DNA of 64,000 nt from Octopus vulgaris (taxonomy: Eukaryota), in contig OX597818.1 of the NCBI GenBank assembly GCA_951406725.2, positions 126,418,001 to 126,482,000 on the forward strand, given 5' to 3'. This document shows positions 58,886 to 64,000 of this stretch, piece after piece. The position numbers and the translations under genes were made by a program. How positions within the stretch are numbered: the stretch's first letter is position 1; every line of letters begins with the position of its first letter. The notes under the pieces were generated by a model. The model was not told the DNA's origin and made no database searches. It was given only the letters and a program-made list of their open reading frames with translations.

Positions 58886-59783
58886 TGCCGTGCTGTATTG
58901 GCTTTCAAGTGGCAGCCTTTGTTTTAGACGACCTCGATGGCGTGGAAAGGGGAGACTTGTCAGCCCTATCTAGGCCAGCGCATGCATATACAGTTACATG
59001 GTCAAAGTTGACCGACAGAGGTTCGAGAAAATAACTGGCACCAAGGTATTGTTAAATGACTTATGGAGCTGTAATTACGCAACTGATGTAAGTAATATAT
59101 TGCTAGAGACGTAGGAAAAACTATTTTTGCTAGAAATATAACCAAGAAACATTATGTTATAGTAAATATTCTCTTGAGAAAAAAAAATAAAGAAAGTATG
59201 TACTTTTGAAGTTGAGCAAAATAAAAGTACCTATTGACATTTTGTAACCATACTTCTTTTAACAATACATCGATCACGTTGCAAATATATCTGTGTGAAT
59301 ATAATGAAAGAACCAGTAACACAATTTAAACATTTATACAAGAAACCAGAGCATCAAGAATTACAATAAAGCCTTTATCTAAAGGGCTATTAGCAAAAGT
59401 ACCAGTGAGGAGGTTCTGAAACATTCTAAAAGTGATTAGAACAGAAATTGACTCCACTAATATCATTAGTTCCTGCAACAATGCCGCAAATTAGTGGCAA
59501 AAGTCAACACTGACCCTCCGAATCATTGTAATGGCTAATGATTCAACCACGCTTGGGCAATAAAGGCTAAATTGTATGATGAACAGAGGAGTGATGAGCA
59601 CTAACTGTTACAGTATGTTTACGCCACTCTCTGTGTATACGTTCGTAACGACATATAATTACGCACTTATAAACGAACACACACATATACATAGGAACAC
59701 TTTTGCACACACAAATTGTGTGTAAGGGAAAATGCGATATATCAACTAAAATCAGACTGGAAATCCAGTTTCTCTTCACCATT

Positions 59784-59866
<83 letters not shown>

Positions 59867-60490
59867 GTGTCAGTTTATGCGTGTATGTGCATGAATGAGT
59901 GTGAAGTGTGTGCGTGCGCGTAAATATGCGTATGTGTATGTATATATATGCATAATATATAGATATACAATGTATATCATATACTTATAAAGCATGTATA
60001 TACATTGTTTGTATATGTGTGTTGGCATCTGTGCGTGCGTGTGTATGTATGTGTGTGTTTGTATGTTTGCACTGGAAAAAGAGAGAGAGAGAGAGATTAC
60101 TAAAGAAGCAAGACAAAAGACTGGTCTATTCATGAAGTTTCTCTGTGCTTCAGATATCGCATTCTTCAGCCTTTCTATGTATAGACTAATCGTATACATA
60201 AATATATTTTATGCTTTCATTATTTTCTTCCTCCCACATTTTCCTAATATTGTTTTGAGAAGGCAGTTTTGTTTAACTCCAGCTCAGCATTGATAGAATT
60301 ATACTATGGTGGGAGTTATTACAGCCGTATCTATCCCATAATGTTTTAGGGACTATGTTGAATTACATTACCAAACATGGCATATCCAATGTAATATATT
60401 GTTCAATGGTGTTCATTAATGTATTTTGCGCATGTGAATAGTTTGTACGCTTTGCTTATGTATGTATATATATGTATATACGTATTTTTA

Positions 60491-60551
<61 letters not shown>

Positions 60552-60640
60552 TTGGAAATTTTATTGTTTATTTGTATATATTAAGTAATACGTGCAGCAT
60601 GTTTAGTATATTAATATTATTATTATATCTTTAAAGTTAA

Positions 60641-60755
60641 TTATAACCTCTGAAGAGGCTTATGATTCTGCCTACAACCCTAGTATGCTGACATCTATAG
60701 GCAATGAAAATTAGATTCACTTTTGACCATGGGCTGAAACAGCTGTAAGAAGTAA
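60641..60755 (+). ncRNA. Type I hammerhead ribozyme candidate with enlarged stem II
   Basis: CCT-CTGAAGA-GGCTTATG(long insert)CATGGGCT-GAAAC-AGCT-GTA^AGA. Stem III ACAGCTGT is a perfect palindrome; stem I is weakened. Confidence 0.65.
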
Positions 60756-60934
60756 TTTCTGGATTTCAATAATTTATAATGTGACTTTTAAAATCTGTAT
60801 TTGTATTATTATCTTATCTATTGATTTATATAATATCTTGTATGATTTTAATGTTCTCATTTGTAAAATGAATAAATAATCTAACATTATAATATCCGTA
60901 AGTTGATGAACAAACTAAATTTGTTTCTCCATGT

Positions 60935-60979
<45 letters not shown>

Positions 60980-60980
<1 letters not shown>

Positions 60981-61140
60981 CCGACGGGCTTCCTTTAGTT
61001 TTCGTCTACCAAATTCACTCACAAGGCTTCGGTCGGCCCGATGCTATAGTAGAAAACACTTGCCCAAAGTGCTATGCAGTGGAACTGAACCCGGAACCAT
61101 GTGGTTGGTAAACAAACTTCATACCACACAGCCACGCCCT
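60980..61140 (-). mobile_element. SINE family C, 5' half
   Basis: CGACGGGCTTC...GAACTGAACCCGGAACCATGTGGTTGG..CCACACAGCCAC. Confidence 0.8.
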
Positions 61141-61490
61141 CGCTTAAGTGAAATTGTTTATAACTTTTTCATTAAGATAATTAATAACATGCCTTTTGCA
61201 TCTCTTTCTTTGCTGATGAAATGACGTTGGCTTTCTTTGGATCAGGTGATTTGAGATTTGGAAACAGTAAAGGATCGTGGAATGAATGATGCCGTGTTTT
61301 ATGACTGAAGTAAAACCTCTTTAACGAAAATGTTTTATAAGCACACCGTTTTATTTATTGGAATGAGACGCCATTGTTGCGGTAGTGACTTACAAAAACG
61401 AGAAACACGTTTTCTCGGACTTGGGTGTGGGGTTTCAATACCCTACACACCTATGTGAAATATCAGGGTAAAATTTGAGTCTCGATATAA

Positions 61491-61567
61491 GCCGGCAAGT
61501 TTTCGTAATACTAGTGAGTGTATTATTCTACATTATACACTTACTAGTATTACGAAAACTTGCCGGC
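61491..61567. repeat. Near-perfect 33-bp-stem hairpin, 11-nt loop
   Basis: GCCGGCAAGTTTTCGTAATACTAGTGAGTGTAT / ATACACTTACTAGTATTACGAAAACTTGCCGGC; a single G-U pair. Confidence 0.9.
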
Positions 61568-61614
61568 CTTTAAAAGATAAAAATCGGTGAACGCAATTGA
61601 AATAGCATTAAGAC

Positions 61615-62282
61615 AAAAGGTGATTTTGCTTGGGAAGAGAGCATTTTTATTAATTAAATGACATGATTTATGGCATTTGAAATCTTCATAATCAAAGGAT
61701 TCCTTATTCTCACTTCAGATAGCTGAGTATGATCTCTAAAACGTCTTTAATAATCTTTTCAAAATTTATCATCCATCGCTACACTTCAGTGACGTGTGAT
61801 TATTTCTACAGCTCAATTAAAATTATATGTGCGTTCATACATACATAAATACATACATACATACATACATACATACATACACAAACGTACAAATATATAT
61901 ACTTACACACACACATATCGCTCTCTCTATATATATATACATATATATGTTTGTATATATGTGCATACATATACACACATACATATATATATACGTAGAC
62001 ACACACATCACATAGATGTGCACACACACGCACACACTCACACAAACACATTGAAAAAAATACAGATGATACAAGGCAATCCGTTTTCAGAATAAAACAC
62101 AAAACAAACAACGAAAAAAAACCCAGAAAGATAAAAGGTGAGTTTTCAAGGTGAGGGAGCATTTCATTAATTATACGCTAAGATTTATGGCATATGAAAA
62201 CTTCGTAATCAAAAGATTTCTCATTCTCATATGAGATAGGCTGAATATGGCTTTGTAAAATGTCTTTGATACTTTACGAAAG
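61615..62282. repeat. Diverged direct repeat of about 150 bp (61615-61765 and 62133-62282) around a microsatellite block
   Basis: AAAAGGTGA..GAGCATTT..ATTAATTA..GATTTATGG..CTTC.TAATCAAA.GATT..ATTCTCA..AGATAG in both. Confidence 0.65.
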
Positions 62283-62426
62283 AATGGTTGGTAAAGCATC
62301 AGTGCGTGACGATGGATTGTGTATCAGTATACATATATATATATACATGCATGTATGTACATACATACGCACATAGACACACCACGTGCACACATACACA
62401 CCTATACACATACATACATACATACA

Positions 62427-62496
<70 letters not shown>

Positions 62497-62859
62497 AGTA
62501 TGTGGTGAAGCAACTTGTTGCTAAACGCTTAATAATTGTAATAAATATATATATAAAAAACTTTTATATATATAATTATTTAAAATTTTTTTATCGAATA
62601 TGATTCTTTTCCATACCGAAAACTACTTAGTAAAATTTATCAATTTATTAAATCAATAAATTGATAAATTTTAAATCAATAATTCTTTACCCTGTATCTG
62701 TAAGGATATATATATATATATACACATATATATACACACCCGCATAATATATATATATATATATGTTATTCATGGACCCCTCTATCGTTTAAATGATACA
62801 TTCTCTTCAAATAAACAATGTAATCTACATCAAGACCTGCAAATCGTAATGGTTCTGTC

Positions 62860-62891
<32 letters not shown>

Positions 62892-63094
62892 AGCTCTCAC
62901 GCGCGTTCGTCTGTGCGTGTATGTGTGTGTGTGTGTTTGTATATATGTATATACAATATACCTTATCTTTATCAAAAATATATTATTTTAAGATATATAC
63001 ACCCGTTAATTTCCCTAAATTATGGATGGTTATTTTCCTGTGTGCTCCTATATTAGTTGGTACCATCATTGGTCTGAAACTTCGTCGGTTACAA

Positions 63095-63382
63095 CAACGA
63101 GTGTTCCAGCCAATCAACGGAACAGCTTGCTCGTGGAATTAACGTGCAAGTGGCTGAGAACTCCACGGACACAGACTCTCTTAACGTAGTTCACAGAGAA
63201 ATTCAGAGTGAAACAGAGTGCTATAAGACTAACCCTTTGAATTTACAGGCACAACTTATTTTGGCCAGTTGAGTGAAGTGGAGCAGCGAGAACTAAAGTG
63301 TTTTGCTTGTGGACACAACGCATCGTCGGGAATCGAACTCACGACCCTACCATCGTGAGTCGAATATCCTAACCACGCGCCC
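63095..63382 (-). mobile_element. SINE related to family A (diverged)
   Basis: ATCAACGGAACAGCTTGCTCGTGGAATTAACGTG..CTTAACGTAGTTC..GGGAATCGAACTCACGACC..CCTAACCAC. Confidence 0.75.
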
Positions 63383-64000
63383 TGACATCGGTTCGATCAG
63401 TAGAAGATTAGAAAAATACGCATTGAGATGTTTAATGACTCCTCAACATGACAACGAAGTTATATCGGCCTTTCCTCCTTCTTGGTCTCATCAAAGTATA
63501 TATTACTTAGTACTTGGGTCCATATGATCGACTATGTCTCCACTCCAAGAATGTATGCGGTCATTTGCTTGTAAGAAATCGTACGTATTCTACTTATCAC
63601 TCTGTGTTCGGGTGTTACTTTTTAAACAAGCATAACTTGATGATTTGATTTTGATTTTTCCAGTTTCAGCCCATGAGCTGTGGCCATGCTGGGGCACCGC
63701 CATAACTGTGAAATAAAATTGATAACGTATTCGAAATATTTAAAATAATGCAATACTTTCAGTCTTATTCTTTCAAAAACCACAACTAAAGAATATCGAA
63801 GATGTAATGGAAAACTTTACCGTAATGAATCAATTTTAAGTGTTGCGCTTTCAACAACCGTAACTATGGAATAATATTGATGACCTTGTGGCAATATTTA
63901 ATATATACTCTTTTAACGATTGTAGCTATCGATTATTATCTAAAAAGAAAAACATACGCACATACACATGTTGCACAATCATTCACTCAATACATACAAA

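Overview
AT-rich, microsatellite-dense animal genomic DNA. It is most likely a coleoid cephalopod (Octopus-like); this is inferred from the tRNA-derived SINE families and the repeat landscape. The only convincing host gene segment is a large terminal coding exon (1339-2382, +) of a rolling stone (Rost)/FAR-17a-AIG1-like multi-pass membrane protein. The rest is mobile and repetitive DNA: three tRNA-derived SINE families, a 5'-truncated but stop-free CR1/L2-group LINE (30663-32931, -), several R4/Dong-like (RLE) retrotransposon remnants bordered by (TACA)n, a fold-back mariner remnant, a mariner MITE, non-autonomous Helitrons, a Helentron-type element, a solo LTR, a 16-bp minisatellite and a 2.8-kb TTG/TTC array. 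The most striking unannotated signal is a set of short non-coding cassettes (about 400-650 bp) wedged into (TA)n tracts. They carry type I hammerhead ribozyme folds, five canonical and several variant, with palindromic stem III and often enlarged stem II. They also share a terminal motif and show inverted duplications, and one has a 536-bp period direct repeat. This fits a TA-targeting retrozyme / Penelope pseudo-LTR system. All folds were read by eye and none was computed. Nearly all short ORFs in the ORF track are microsatellite artefacts.
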